Below, piece by piece: positions 19,092 through 28,973 of a stretch of DNA of 64,000 bases. This stretch comes from Aliagarivorans taiwanensis DSM 22990. Lineage in GTDB: Bacteria; Pseudomonadota; Gammaproteobacteria; Enterobacterales; Celerinatantimonadaceae. The notes beneath the pieces were generated by a model. That model was not told where the DNA came from, ran no database searches, and saw only the letters and a list, made by a program, of their open reading frames with translations. The stretch spans positions 3,545 to 67,544 of the forward strand of contig NZ_AUBZ01000013.1 of assembly GCF_000429505.1 (NCBI RefSeq). The letters run 5' to 3'. Made by a program: the position numbers and the translations under genes. Each line of letters starts with the position of its first letter. The first letter of the stretch is position 1.

Positions 19092-21446
19092 ATGACAACA
19101 GTAACTAAAACCGCCGCCAGCTTGCTGGCCGGCTTGGCGCTGGGCTATGCCTCCAGTGTCAGTGCAGTGCCGCGTACCGCCTTTGTTCACTTGTTCGAGT
19201 GGAGCTGGGAAGACGTGGCAACCGAGTGTGAAACCTACCTTGGGCCAAAAGGCTTTGCTGCAGTTCAGGTTTCTCCCCCTAACAAACATATCGACGGTGG
19301 CCAGTGGTGGACTCGCTATCAGCCAGTCGGCTACTCCTTTGACAGCCGCAGTGGTAACCGCGGTCAGTTCCAAAACATGGTGCAGCGCTGTAAGGCAGCG
19401 GGCGTCGATATCTATGTTGACGCGGTGATCAACCATATGGCGGCCTGGGATCGCACCTTCCCTGAAGTGCCTTATGGCTCAAATGACTTCCACAACTGTA
19501 CCAGCGACATCAACTACGGCGACCGTTGGCAGATCCAAAACTGCGACCTCTCTGGCCTGAACGATTTGAAAACCGAGTCGGATTACGTGCGCCAAAAGAT
19601 TGCTGATTACATGAACGATGCCATCAGCATGGGCGTGGCGGGCTTCCGGATTGATGCCGCTAAGCACATTCCTGCAGGCGATATCGCCGCCATCAAGGGC
19701 AAGCTCAACGGTAATCCTTACATCTTCCAAGAGGTGATTGGCGCCGGTGGCGAGCCGGTTCGCCCAACTGAATACACCTACATCGGTGATGTGACCGAGT
19801 TTGGTTATGCGCGTTGGCTTGGTCCGGCCTTCCGTGAAAGCAATATTGCCCAGCTCAAAGACATCGGCACCTCAATGGAGCTGGCCAGCTCCAGCGCGGT
19901 ACCGTTTGTTACCAACCACGACGAAGAGCGCCACAACCCCAATGGCCCTATCTGGCATGGGGTGCAGGGCAATGGCTACTTCCTGGCCAACGTATTCATG
20001 CTGGCCTATCCCTACGGCTATCCGAAGGTGATGTCGGGCTATTACTTTAACGGTGACTTCGACATGGGGCCGCCAAGCTCGGGTATCCACACCGGCAATG
20101 CCTGTGGCTTTGATGGCGGCAGCTGGGTGTGTGAACACCGCTGGCGCGGGATTGGCAACATGGTGGCGTTCCGTAACCATACTGCCGATGCCTGGCATGT
20201 GTCGGATTGGTGGCAAAATGGCAACGACCAGATTGCCTTTGGTCGCGGCGGCTTAGGCTATGTGGTGATCAACAAGCGTTGGGGCGGCGATTTGAACCAA
20301 AGCCTCAACACCGGTATGCCCGATGGCGAGTACTGCAACATCATCGAAGCTGACTTTAACGAGTCGACCGGTGCCTGTGTACTAGGCGAAGGTGCAAGCG
20401 GCCCTGCCACGATTACCGTGAGCGGCGGCTATGCCAACTTCAGCGTTGCCGGTGATAGCGCAGCGGCGATCCACGTAGGCGCTAAAGTGGGTGCCGGCTG
20501 TGGCAATGATTGTGGCGGCGGCGGAGGCGGCGGTGAGCCAGATTCTCCAGTATCCGCAAACTCAATCTGTGTTGATGGTAGTGCCGGGCTGCAAACCCTT
20601 TACTACTGGGCTGCGCAGCCAAGCGGTGCACTGGCCAATGCTACTTGGCCGGGTGTAGCTATGACCCAAAACGGCGGCTTCTACTGCCACGACCTTGGTG
20701 TCGAGCTAACTAGCATCAACGTTATCTTCAGCAACAACGGCAACGGTCAGACCGATGACCTAACAGCCCCGGGCGCTGGCTGTTATCAAGGCGGTAGCTG
20801 GAAGACCCTGCAAGATTGTGGCTTCGAGGTTAACGGCGATGGTGGCGACGGCGGTAATGGCGGCGGTGGCGGCACCACTGGCGATAGCAAGGTGTGCTAC
20901 GACAACCAAGCCAACTTCAACAGCCCAACCATCTACTACTGGGCGGTGGAAGCAGAAACCGCGGTTGCAAACGCTCAATGGCCTGGCGCGGCGATGACAG
21001 CAGAGGATGGTCACTACTGCTACGACTTCGGCACGCCGTTGGCTAGCCTGAACGTGATCTTCTCCGATGCTGGCGCTAACCAAAGCGCTGATCTAAGTAC
21101 CACTGGCGCTGCGCTGTGTAACAAGCTGGGCAGCTGGGTAGCACTGACCAACTGTATCAGCGGTGGCGGCAATGGTGGTAATGGCGGCAGCGGTGGTGAT
21201 GAGAGTTGGTACTTCCGCGGCACCCCTAATGGTTGGGGCACTACCCTGTTGGAGTACGATGCGGCTTCGGGCGTGTACTTCACCGTGCAAAGCTTCAACG
21301 GCGAAGAGAGCCCAGCCCGCTTTAAGATCGATGATGGCAGCTGGAGTGATTCTTATCCAGCGGCTGACTACCAAGTCGATGATTTTGCGACCTATCGCAT
21401 CACCTTTGACAGTGCAAGCAAAGCGATTGGCGTAACCCGCCAGTAA
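19092..21446 (+). CDS. secreted chloride-dependent animal-type alpha-amylase (GH13) with C-terminal tandem putative carbohydrate-binding modules
   Basis: Signal peptide. Catalytic core is collinear with Pseudoalteromonas haloplanktis alpha-amylase (FVHLFEWSWEDVA..., GFRIDAAKH, FQEVI, NHDEER). Gly-rich linkers are followed by two ~95-aa repeated modules (YYWA...WPG.AMT...YC.D.G...NVIFS) and a terminal beta-rich domain. Confidence 0.9.
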   Translation: MTTVTKTAASLLAGLALGYASSVSAVPRTAFVHLFEWSWEDVATECETYLGPKGFAAVQVSPPNKHIDGGQWWTRYQPVGYSFDSRSGNRGQFQNMVQRCKAAGVDIYVDAVINHMAAWDRTFPEVPYGSNDFHNCTSDINYGDRWQIQNCDLSGLNDLKTESDYVRQKIADYMNDAISMGVAGFRIDAAKHIPAGDIAAIKGKLNGNPYIFQEVIGAGGEPVRPTEYTYIGDVTEFGYARWLGPAFRESNIAQLKDIGTSMELASSSAVPFVTNHDEERHNPNGPIWHGVQGNGYFLANVFMLAYPYGYPKVMSGYYFNGDFDMGPPSSGIHTGNACGFDGGSWVCEHRWRGIGNMVAFRNHTADAWHVSDWWQNGNDQIAFGRGGLGYVVINKRWGGDLNQSLNTGMPDGEYCNIIEADFNESTGACVLGEGASGPATITVSGGYANFSVAGDSAAAIHVGAKVGAGCGNDCGGGGGGGEPDSPVSANSICVDGSAGLQTLYYWAAQPSGALANATWPGVAMTQNGGFYCHDLGVELTSINVIFSNNGNGQTDDLTAPGAGCYQGGSWKTLQDCGFEVNGDGGDGGNGGGGGTTGDSKVCYDNQANFNSPTIYYWAVEAETAVANAQWPGAAMTAEDGHYCYDFGTPLASLNVIFSDAGANQSADLSTTGAALCNKLGSWVALTNCISGGGNGGNGGSGGDESWYFRGTPNGWGTTLLEYDAASGVYFTVQSFNGEESPARFKIDDGSWSDSYPAADYQVDDFATYRITFDSASKAIGVTRQ

Positions 21447-21477
21447 TCTATTCCATCTGTCTCTTCCATCCATCTTT

Positions 21478-21503
21478 GCCCGGCTTAGGCCGGGCCTTTT
21501 TAT
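21478..21503. terminator. bidirectional intrinsic terminator between the amylase and lyase genes
   Basis: Hairpin GCCCGGCttagGCCGGGC flanked by a T-run on the plus strand. Confidence 0.6.
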
Positions 21504-22806
21504 GCCTGCGAAACAGACTCTAGAAGCTGGTTGGCGAGCTGCAGGCTCTCGTCGATCAGTGCATCGTTGCAGCTCAGATAGTTAGCGGGCTCACACAGCG
21601 CAGAGATCTCCTCGGCGCTGAATAGGGCGGTGAGCTCGGGGCTGGCGAGTAGCATCTCTTCGAGCTGCATATTGCTGCTGGCTGCCGTATCGATAATCCC
21701 TTTAACCAGCGCATAGCCTTGATTGCGCCCGAGTTTGTCTGCCACCGCCATCATCACCGCTTCTGACATGATCAGGTTGCGTGATGCGGCGAAGTTGCGA
21801 CGCATGTTGTGGCGATTGACCACCAAGTTGTCGAGCAGACCTTGGGCGCGCTCCAACGCGGTGGACAGTGCCAGACAAGACTCGGGCACCAGCGACCAGT
21901 TGAGCATGCGCATCGAGGCGGCCCGCACATCTTGCTGGCGCGTGGATTGGACTTGTGGGGCATGGTACTAGAACCACCGCCGCCTTCGCCCTCTTGGGCC
22001 TCGGCAAGTGCGGCGCGGCCCATCAGCTCGATATCGTTGGCGATCCGGCACAGGGTGCCATGAACAATGGCAAAGCTCTGAATCGCCTCGACCACGTTAT
22101 CCATACTGGCATTCCACAGCCCCACCGGCTGACTTAGCCCCAGCTTATCCATCAAGCGGTTGCGCAGCGCCAGCCCTTGCTCGCCGATAGAAGAGAGATT
22201 ACCCACTGCGCCGCCGTACATTCCGGTGATGGCTCGCGGAGTCAGTTGATCAAGGCGCTGTAAGTTGCGGCACATCTCACTCAGGTATGAGGCAAGCTGC
22301 AGGCCCCAGGTGGTGGGAAGGGCATCTTGCGAGTTGGTGCGCGCTACCATCACGCTGTCGCGGTGCTGATCGCTGAGCTCGGCCAAGCGCTCAATCAGGC
22401 CAAGCATCTGTTTGCGCAGCAGTGTCAGTGCGTCTTTCAGGCGCATCGCTTGCCCAGTATCGAGCAGGTCTTGGGTGGTGCAGCCCCAATGCAGGTAGCG
22501 CTTGACCAAGGGATCGGCCGCCTCGCTGATCTGATCCACCATCGGTTTAATTGCCAGCCCAACCCGTCGGGTGTCCTCGGCCAGACGTTGCCAGTCGATG
22601 GCCTCGGGCTTAGCTGCTGCTGCGATAGCGTTGGCCGCTTGCGGTGGGATAATCCCCAGCTCGGCCTGCACGGCGGCGATCTCGCTTTCAAAGCGGAGCC
22701 AGCATGCCAGCAGGTGTTGCTCAGACCAGATCGTTTTCATCTGTGCTTGGGTGAACAGCGGCGAGTACAGTGTCGAGTCAAACACTGAAACATTCTCTGA
22801 ATTCAT
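21500..22806 (-). pseudogene. class-I (fumarase/aspartase superfamily) lyase, adenylosuccinate-lyase / 3-carboxymuconate-cycloisomerase-like, interrupted by a frameshift
   Basis: The 344-aa ORF carries the superfamily signature GSSTMPHKSNP near 21960 and then becomes nonsense. The conserved C-terminal part (LDNLVVNRHNMRRNF...) continues in another frame as ORF 21500..21928. A single indel at about 21930-21960 is implied. Confidence 0.6.
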
Positions 22807-22960
22807 CTCGTTTCCTTTAGTGAAAGAGTTGCAAAGCCAGCAAAAAGGGCTGCAAAGCAGCCCTTAACGATTACGCGTGTAGCAAGGCATTATGCCCAGT
22901 CAGCTGTGACGACAAGAAAATTGCGCTTATAAGAACACTTTACTTATAAGAACACTTTAC

Positions 22961-24343
22961 CTACAGGAACAGGGCACTCATCGCAATCAGCGCCACAATA
23001 CCGCCAATCATCGGAATCAGGGTACGCTGAACTACCGCAACTGGAGATACGTTGGCCGCGCCAGCACAGGCAATCACCACGCCTGCCACTGGTGAGGCTG
23101 AGCGGAAGATACCTGCTGCCAGCTGCATTGGCAGTGCCAGTGAGGCCGTGGTTACTCCCACGCTAGTGGCCACTTCAGGAGCCAGCGGTGAGAAGCTGAA
23201 GAAGGCCGCGTTACCCGAGCCGGACAGCAGCGCAGTCAGGCCGATAATGGTCACCATCACCACCAGCATACCGATGTAGCCTAGGCCTAGGTTGGCGCCA
23301 GTGCCCAGTAGCAGGTCGATAAAGCCCATTGCTTTTAGGCCTTCTACAAACACGTTGGCCGCAATAATCAGTGCCACGACGCTCGAGAAGGTGGTGCCCA
23401 TGCCTGACAGGAATACCTTGAGTGAGTCGGCCACGCCTTTGAGGTCTTTGCTATGAACAAGATTGGCCAGCATGGCTACTGCCAGGCTAAAGAACATCGC
23501 AGAGATTACGTCGACCTTGACTGAGCTAATCAGGAACTCACTGAACACCAGTAGCAGCGCCAATGGCAGTACCGGTAAAATAGCGAACCACTTCGGCGCA
23601 TCGTTTTGCGCTTGTTCATCGATGCTCAGGGTCTGTGCTTCAACACCGTTGGCGGCATCGCGCTTGTCGAAGTAGCGCTGACAGAAGTAGTGCAGTACCG
23701 CGATAACAATCATCACCACCGGCGCAACGACCATCTGGTTGGCGAGGAAGTAGTTGGCCGCATCGATACCGATAACCTCGGCAGCGCGGTTAGAGTTACC
23801 CGAGCCTGGGCCCAAGTCCAAGCAGGCGGTGGTCGCCAGTACCGCAGCGGTTGCCGCAGGGGTACAACCAATGCGCACCAGTACCGGGTACAACGCAACC
23901 AACAGCAGCAACGCCAGGCCAACAGCACTTGGGATAAAGATGTTGATCAGCTGACCGATGATGTAAGTCAGTGCTAGTACCACATAGGGGTTTTTGAATA
24001 CCGACAGTGGCTTGGTCACCACATTCACCATAGCATTGGCTGCGCCGATATGGTTCATGTATTTGGAGAAACCGCCCACCGACATAATGATTAGGCCGAG
24101 GTTAGCCAGAGTCGAAGAGGAGAGGGCACTAATCACCACAAAAAAGTCAAACACTACTGCGCCACTGGAAGAGGCGTTGCCGGGGATGAAGTCGCTGTTG
24201 CCGCTAAGCGCACCCAGCGCTAGCATCAGGATACCCGCAGTGAACAGTGCAGCTTGGGTGTTATACTTCTTCACAATGAAGTAGCCAGTAGCGATAACTA
24301 TCGGAATTGCAATAAAAGAGAGCGTATATGGCTCCGAAAACAA
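22961..24343 (-). CDS. DcuC-family anaerobic C4-dicarboxylate transporter
   Basis: 460 aa, polytopic. Collinear with E. coli DcuC (HIGA..., KPL..NPY, YF.QRY.DK blocks). Confidence 0.75.
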   Translation of the reverse strand: MFSEPYTLSFIAIPIVIATGYFIVKKYNTQAALFTAGILMLALGALSGNSDFIPGNASSSGAVVFDFFVVISALSSSTLANLGLIIMSVGGFSKYMNHIGAANAMVNVVTKPLSVFKNPYVVLALTYIIGQLINIFIPSAVGLALLLLVALYPVLVRIGCTPAATAAVLATTACLDLGPGSGNSNRAAEVIGIDAANYFLANQMVVAPVVMIVIAVLHYFCQRYFDKRDAANGVEAQTLSIDEQAQNDAPKWFAILPVLPLALLLVFSEFLISSVKVDVISAMFFSLAVAMLANLVHSKDLKGVADSLKVFLSGMGTTFSSVVALIIAANVFVEGLKAMGFIDLLLGTGANLGLGYIGMLVVMVTIIGLTALLSGSGNAAFFSFSPLAPEVATSVGVTTASLALPMQLAAGIFRSASPVAGVVIACAGAANVSPVAVVQRTLIPMIGGIVALIAMSALFL

Positions 24344-24459
24344 ATTGCGGCGGCATAAAATGCTGCTTTGGTGTTATTTTGAATGGGAAAGTGCTTTTCC
24401 CGGCGAACAGTTTGGTTTAGATCATATTTCGCTAGACTTAATCAACGCACATAGACTAA

Positions 24460-25374
24460 TTGTCATTCCGTCACACTCAGGCACCACCAACATCGGTACT
24501 TTGCATCATGAGCCAAGCCCTAACCCCCGAGACACTCGCTAAACTCGTTGAAAATGCCGCGCCACTGCCCAACGCTGAGCAGCGGGTGGCCGATTTTGTG
24601 GTGAGCCATTTTGAGCAGATCCCTTACTTGGGGATTGAAGAGCTGGCTAAGCGCAGTGAGTCGAGCAAAACCTCGGTGGGGCGCTTTTTGCAAAACATTG
24701 GTTTTCAGGGTTACAGCCGCTTTAAACAGGCGGTGGTAGTGCAAATACAAGAAACCCAGCTAGTCACGCCGGCGCGGATTGCCTCGCGCTTGTCGGAGCC
24801 GAGCGTTGATGCAATCAGTGGGCGGGGCTTTATCAAAGAGCTGGCGGAGAGCTTTCGGCTGTTCTCTGAGGTGTTCGATGAACAAGCCTTTGCCCAAGCC
24901 ATCGAGTTGATGGCCGATAAGCAGCGCACCTTATACGCCTTCGGCCCGGCCTCATCCAATGGCTTGGTGACCTACTTTATGATGCTGTCGCGCTATATCC
25001 GCAAGAACACCTATCACCTAACCCCAGATGTGTCTTTGCTACCCCATCACTTATTGGACATGCGAGAAGGCGATGTGCTGTTTGTGATCTCTTACTATCG
25101 ATACTCCGATTTGGCGGTGCGCTTGGTGGAGTGGTTCCACCAACGCGGCGGCAAGGTGATTGTACTCACCAACAACAGCGTCAATCCTTATCTGCCGTTT
25201 AGCGATGTGCAGATGGTGGTCAAGAGCACCAGCAGTGGAGTGTTCCAAAGCCGTATCACCGGTTTTGCCTTGGTGGAGGCCTTAGTGAATGCACTTACAC
25301 AGCGGATCGGCGTGCCGGGGCGCTTTGAGTCCCTGGAGCAGATCCTGACTGACTTCGATACCTTTCACTCTTAG
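24460..25374 (+). CDS. MurR/RpiR-family transcriptional regulator (HTH_6 + SIS domain)
   Basis: N-terminal RpiR-type HTH (IEELAKRSESSKTSVGRFLQNIGFQGYSRFK) and a C-terminal SIS sugar-phosphate-binding domain. An alternative start at 24508 (MSQALTPE) is possible. Confidence 0.75.
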   Translation: MSFRHTQAPPTSVLCIMSQALTPETLAKLVENAAPLPNAEQRVADFVVSHFEQIPYLGIEELAKRSESSKTSVGRFLQNIGFQGYSRFKQAVVVQIQETQLVTPARIASRLSEPSVDAISGRGFIKELAESFRLFSEVFDEQAFAQAIELMADKQRTLYAFGPASSNGLVTYFMMLSRYIRKNTYHLTPDVSLLPHHLLDMREGDVLFVISYYRYSDLAVRLVEWFHQRGGKVIVLTNNSVNPYLPFSDVQMVVKSTSSGVFQSRITGFALVEALVNALTQRIGVPGRFESLEQILTDFDTFHS

Positions 25375-25476
25375 TCGATGGCGATATACCTGCTTGTCTG
25401 TGGAATACAACGACTTCTGCTATGCGCTCTTCGCGACTACCCAGAAGTCGTTGAGATTACCTTGCTTTAGCAGTGG

Positions 25477-26868
25477 CTATGGCAACGCAGGTTTGTAGGT
25501 GTTGCCGGTGAGCGTTAGCGCATAGAGTGCCGACAGCGCCATGCCATAGTAGTCGTTGTTGGCGTTCTCATAGCCATTGGCGCCAATGTTCCATGGCAAG
25601 CTGCCGTTGAGGGTCTCATCGACCCAGTGGCTGGTGTAGTTTTCAACATTGTCGGGGTACCAGTTGTACAACATGCTGGCCACAGTAAAGCCGCCGGAGA
25701 AGCTGCGCCCGTTGTAACCGCTGCTGTTCCCGCTGGCGCGGTCGATATCGGCGAGGATGCCGCTTAGCTCGCCATTGTTCGAGTTGTTCACCAGATCGTT
25801 GATCAGGCGGCGGGTCCAGTCGCGGGCCGGCTCACTGCCATACCAGGCATAATCCATGGTCACTCGCCAAGGGATGCGCGATGCATCGGAGCCATAGTTG
25901 GTGGAGCGGCCGGTTACCGCTGTGTCATCGAGTTTCATCCAGTCCGGCACAAAGGTCTTGTCGCTATTGGGGCCGGCTTTTTGCTTATCCAGAATATCTT
26001 GGTAGAGGTCGCGAGCGGCCGAATCCCAGCGCTGGTTTTCATTGCGGATCTCGCTGCTCTGGGCGGCGGCTTCGGCAAAGTAACGGAAGAATGCCGGGAT
26101 CGAATAGGATGGGTCAAACTCATCGCTGCAGGGGTTAAAGCTGCTGCTTTGATAGGGCTTAACCACCCAAGTACCCCCATTGTTGGGGCACCAAGATAGC
26201 CAGTTGTCGTGCAGCTCGTTGACGATATGGATGGCCTCTGAGCGGTAGTCCAGGCTGGAGTTGGGCCACTTGTCGGCTGCCACAAACAGCGCCATTGCGA
26301 TATCGATGTCGCCATCGGTGGCCGGGCCTCCGCCGCCCGCGCCAAAGCACACTTGGCTTTGACCGACGATGCCATAGCAGATGTCGTTGGTAACCGGGTA
26401 GCCGTTGCTCCACACCAGCCACGGCATCAGCGCACTGTTGTTTTGCGCCATCACCTGTTGATAGAAGCGGAACAGCTTATCAAAGCGGGTTTTATCGTTG
26501 CCATAGGCGGTAATCAGCATGCCATAGCCCATGCCTTCGGACGCAGTGGCGTAGGCGTCTTTCGATACCTGACCGTTCTCATCGCGCAGCGCGCCACCGG
26601 AGCCCCATTTTACCCGGGCCATATTGGTACCGGCATCGACGATGTAGTTGTCGACAAATCGCGAATAGATGCTTTGCAGCTCGCTGTTGCTGATGGCTTG
26701 GGCGCTCGGCATCAGCATGCCGCCCCAGTAGCCCGATTGCTGAGCGCTCTGCCGGGTAGGGGCGGCATTGACTGTCAGGCTTAGGCCTAGCAGCAGTGCT
26801 GCGCCAACCTTGAGTGGACTGGGTATGCCCTGATTGGTGAGATTATTCATTGTCATTCCTTTGCTCAA
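25477..26868 (-). CDS. secreted glycoside hydrolase family 8-like enzyme
   Basis: Signal peptide. Shares ASEGMGYGML and LMPWLVW blocks with the GH8 endoglucanase BcsZ. Confidence 0.6.
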   Translation of the reverse strand: MSKGMTMNNLTNQGIPSPLKVGAALLLGLSLTVNAAPTRQSAQQSGYWGGMLMPSAQAISNSELQSIYSRFVDNYIVDAGTNMARVKWGSGGALRDENGQVSKDAYATASEGMGYGMLITAYGNDKTRFDKLFRFYQQVMAQNNSALMPWLVWSNGYPVTNDICYGIVGQSQVCFGAGGGGPATDGDIDIAMALFVAADKWPNSSLDYRSEAIHIVNELHDNWLSWCPNNGGTWVVKPYQSSSFNPCSDEFDPSYSIPAFFRYFAEAAAQSSEIRNENQRWDSAARDLYQDILDKQKAGPNSDKTFVPDWMKLDDTAVTGRSTNYGSDASRIPWRVTMDYAWYGSEPARDWTRRLINDLVNNSNNGELSGILADIDRASGNSSGYNGRSFSGGFTVASMLYNWYPDNVENYTSHWVDETLNGSLPWNIGANGYENANNDYYGMALSALYALTLTGNTYKPALP

Positions 26869-27169
26869 ATTATGTTTTTAATCTTTATGCGGCTGAAAAC
26901 TTCAGCAGCAAGCTAAGCAAAGACAGTTGGTTAGTGTTTTGCTAATTAACAAAAGCGAGTTTTAACTTACGAAAAAACGTAAATTCTAAGTGATTGGAAA
27001 GTTCTCAGGAAACTGTATGCGGAGGTTTTCAACGGGGCGCTGAATCTGTGATCGCACAGGCGTGGCAGAAAACGCCTTTCGGTGTCAGTAAAAGCCACTT
27101 GAGCCTGCAGCACTGTGGTAAGTAAAACAGGCCCAAGTTTGTGTTAGCGACCCCGCGCTAACGATAGGT

Positions 27170-27826
27170 TTAGGCCAGTTTCAATTGATGGTGCTGGCGG
27201 TAGGCAACGATATCTTCGATGGTCAGCACTGGCATCTTGTGCTGCTTGGCAAAGGCGACGATCTCGGGCGTTTTCGCCATCGTGCCGTCTTCATTGGTCA
27301 GCTCGCAAAGCACGCCTGCAGGGGACAAGCCGGCCATTTGCACCAGATCGACGGTGCCTTCGGTATGGCCGCGACGGCTTAACACGCCGCCGGAGCGGGC
27401 GCGCAGCGGGAATACGTGGCCGGGGCGGGCCAGGTCGCTGGGCTGGGCATTTTTAGCAATCGCAGTCTTGATGGTGGTAACCCGATCAGCGGCAGATACG
27501 CCGGTGGTCACGCCATGCTTGGCTTCGATGGACACGGTAAAGGCGGTTTGGTTGGCGCTGGTGTTCTCGATCACCATCGGCGGCAGTGCCAGTTGGCTGG
27601 CTTGCTGCTCGGTCAGGCACAGGCACACGATGCCGCTGCACTCGCGGATCATTAGTGCCATTTGCTGGTCGGTTAAGGTCTCGGCAGCGTAGATAATATC
27701 GCCTTCGTTTTCCCGGTCTTCATCGTCGAGCAATAGCACGCCTTGGCCTTGTTTTAAGGCGGCTAGCGCCAGCTCTACACGTTCTAGTGGTTGGCCGAAT
27801 TCGGCTAATAGAGAAGTCTGATTCAT
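27170..27826 (-). CDS. ribB: 3,4-dihydroxy-2-butanone-4-phosphate synthase
   Basis: Starting from [13 protein letters not shown], the protein is collinear with E. coli RibB ([29 protein letters not shown]). A GGAG Shine-Dalgarno lies upstream. The longer ORF start at 27931 is probably spurious. Confidence 0.9.
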   Translation of the reverse strand: MNQTSLLAEFGQPLERVELALAALKQGQGVLLLDDEDRENEGDIIYAAETLTDQQMALMIRECSGIVCLCLTEQQASQLALPPMVIENTSANQTAFTVSIEAKHGVTTGVSAADRVTTIKTAIAKNAQPSDLARPGHVFPLRARSGGVLSRRGHTEGTVDLVQMAGLSPAGVLCELTNEDGTMAKTPEIVAFAKQHKMPVLTIEDIVAYRQHHQLKLA

Positions 27827-27961
27827 GGTGTACTCCAACATAATCGTTACCAGAATCAGGGCATAAGTAAGAGCGATCAACAACACGCACGCGCTCAGCG
27901 ATGCTTTGACAGGGTTAAACCCATACGACAAAGCCGCATCAATCGGTGCGGTATCAATCGA

Positions 27962-28150
27962 TAGATAACAGCGAGAGGGCTCGCTGGTTCACTCTCTCCC
28001 ATCCGGACTATGACCGTCGGCTCTGGAGTCTAACCAGATCTGCTGACCCTGAATCGCTATGCGATTCAGGCGCTCGCGGGCTTAATAAACGGCTGCGGGT
28101 GCAGCGCCTAATTTACCGCCGGTGGGGAATTTCACCCCGCCCTGAGAATA
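27962..28150 (-). promoter_or_regulatory. FMN riboswitch (RFN element) in the ribB leader
   Basis: The minus-strand sequence CAGGGCGGGGTGAAATTCCCCACCGGCGGTAAA...AGCCCGCGAGCGCC...GGTCAGCAGATCTGGT...CCGACGGTCATAGTCCGGATGGGAGAGAG reproduces the conserved RFN cores seen in the E. coli ribB leader. A downstream hairpin (CAGCGAGccctCTCGCTG) may act as the expression platform. Confidence 0.85.
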
Positions 28151-28210
28151 ATGCTTTGAAAAGCTTGGCTATATTAACGCTTTTTGCGGGGCAACAGAAG
28201 CATCAGCAGA

Positions 28211-28840
28211 CTATTCCCAGGTGCCAAGTGGCTTGGTGTCGGCGAAGTAACCGGTTTTGTCGGCCTCGGTAATGGGGCGGATCACCTTACAGGGCACACC
28301 AGCAGCAATTACGTTGGCGGGAATATCCTTGGTGACCACACTGCCAGCGCCGATGATGGTGTTATCGCCGATGCTCACTCCGGGGTTAATCGACACATTG
28401 CCGCCTACCCACACGTTGTCGCCAATGCGGATCGGCAGGGCATAGCAGCCGCCCATATTGCGCTCGGCGGCGTCGATGGCGTGGTTTGCACCAAACAGGC
28501 CGACCCGCGGGCCGAACAGCACGTTGCTGCCAATGCTGATCTCGTTGCAATCGAGCATGATGCAGTCCCAGTTGATAAACACGTTATCGCCGAGGCTGAT
28601 ATTAAAGCCAAACTCGCAGCGAAAGCCCGAGGAGATCGCCACGTTTTTGCCTACCTTGGCAAACAGCTCATTCATCACCTGTTGCTTCTCTTGCTCGCTG
28701 GTCGCGCTGTGGTAGGCATTGACCTTTTTCGCTGCTGCCACCCGCGCCAGGTGGCAGGCCTCGCTGTAATCGTTATACATCTCGCCGCTGCACACCATCT
28801 TCTTCAGTGCGGCTTGGGCGGCTAATTCGGCTGGGGTCAT
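28211..28840 (-). CDS. hexapeptide-repeat O-acetyltransferase (maltose/galactoside acetyltransferase-like)
   Basis: 209 aa with an N-terminal Mac domain and left-handed beta-helix hexapeptide repeats (IGDNVWVGGNVSINPGVSIGDNTIIGAGSVV). Confidence 0.8.
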   Translation of the reverse strand: MTPAELAAQAALKKMVCSGEMYNDYSEACHLARVAAAKKVNAYHSATSEQEKQQVMNELFAKVGKNVAISSGFRCEFGFNISLGDNVFINWDCIMLDCNEISIGSNVLFGPRVGLFGANHAIDAAERNMGGCYALPIRIGDNVWVGGNVSINPGVSIGDNTIIGAGSVVTKDIPANVIAAGVPCKVIRPITEADKTGYFADTKPLGTWE

Positions 28841-28973
28841 ACTGCTGTTGCCTTATTGGGGTAAATAGGTCTCCACGCTAGCAAAGTCGCTATGCGTCAG
28901 CCAGTTAGCTGCATAGGGAATGTGAAAGAGGCGGGGTTATTCTCTGCCCCTTGCTGCATGTTTCAGCTAACGC

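Noticed and set aside
19038-21473. Multiple short ORFs on both strands within the amylase gene (for example 19038..19436, 20760..21083, 21093..21473).
   Set aside because: They are embedded in a strongly conserved GH13 coding sequence on the plus strand and are typical high-GC spurious ORFs.
22927-22960. Perfect tandem duplication of a 17-bp unit (TTATAAGAACACTTTAC x2) immediately 3' of the dcuC-family gene stop.
   Set aside because: Too short and isolated to assign function. It is probably a replication-slippage remnant in a terminator region. Noted only as a curiosity.
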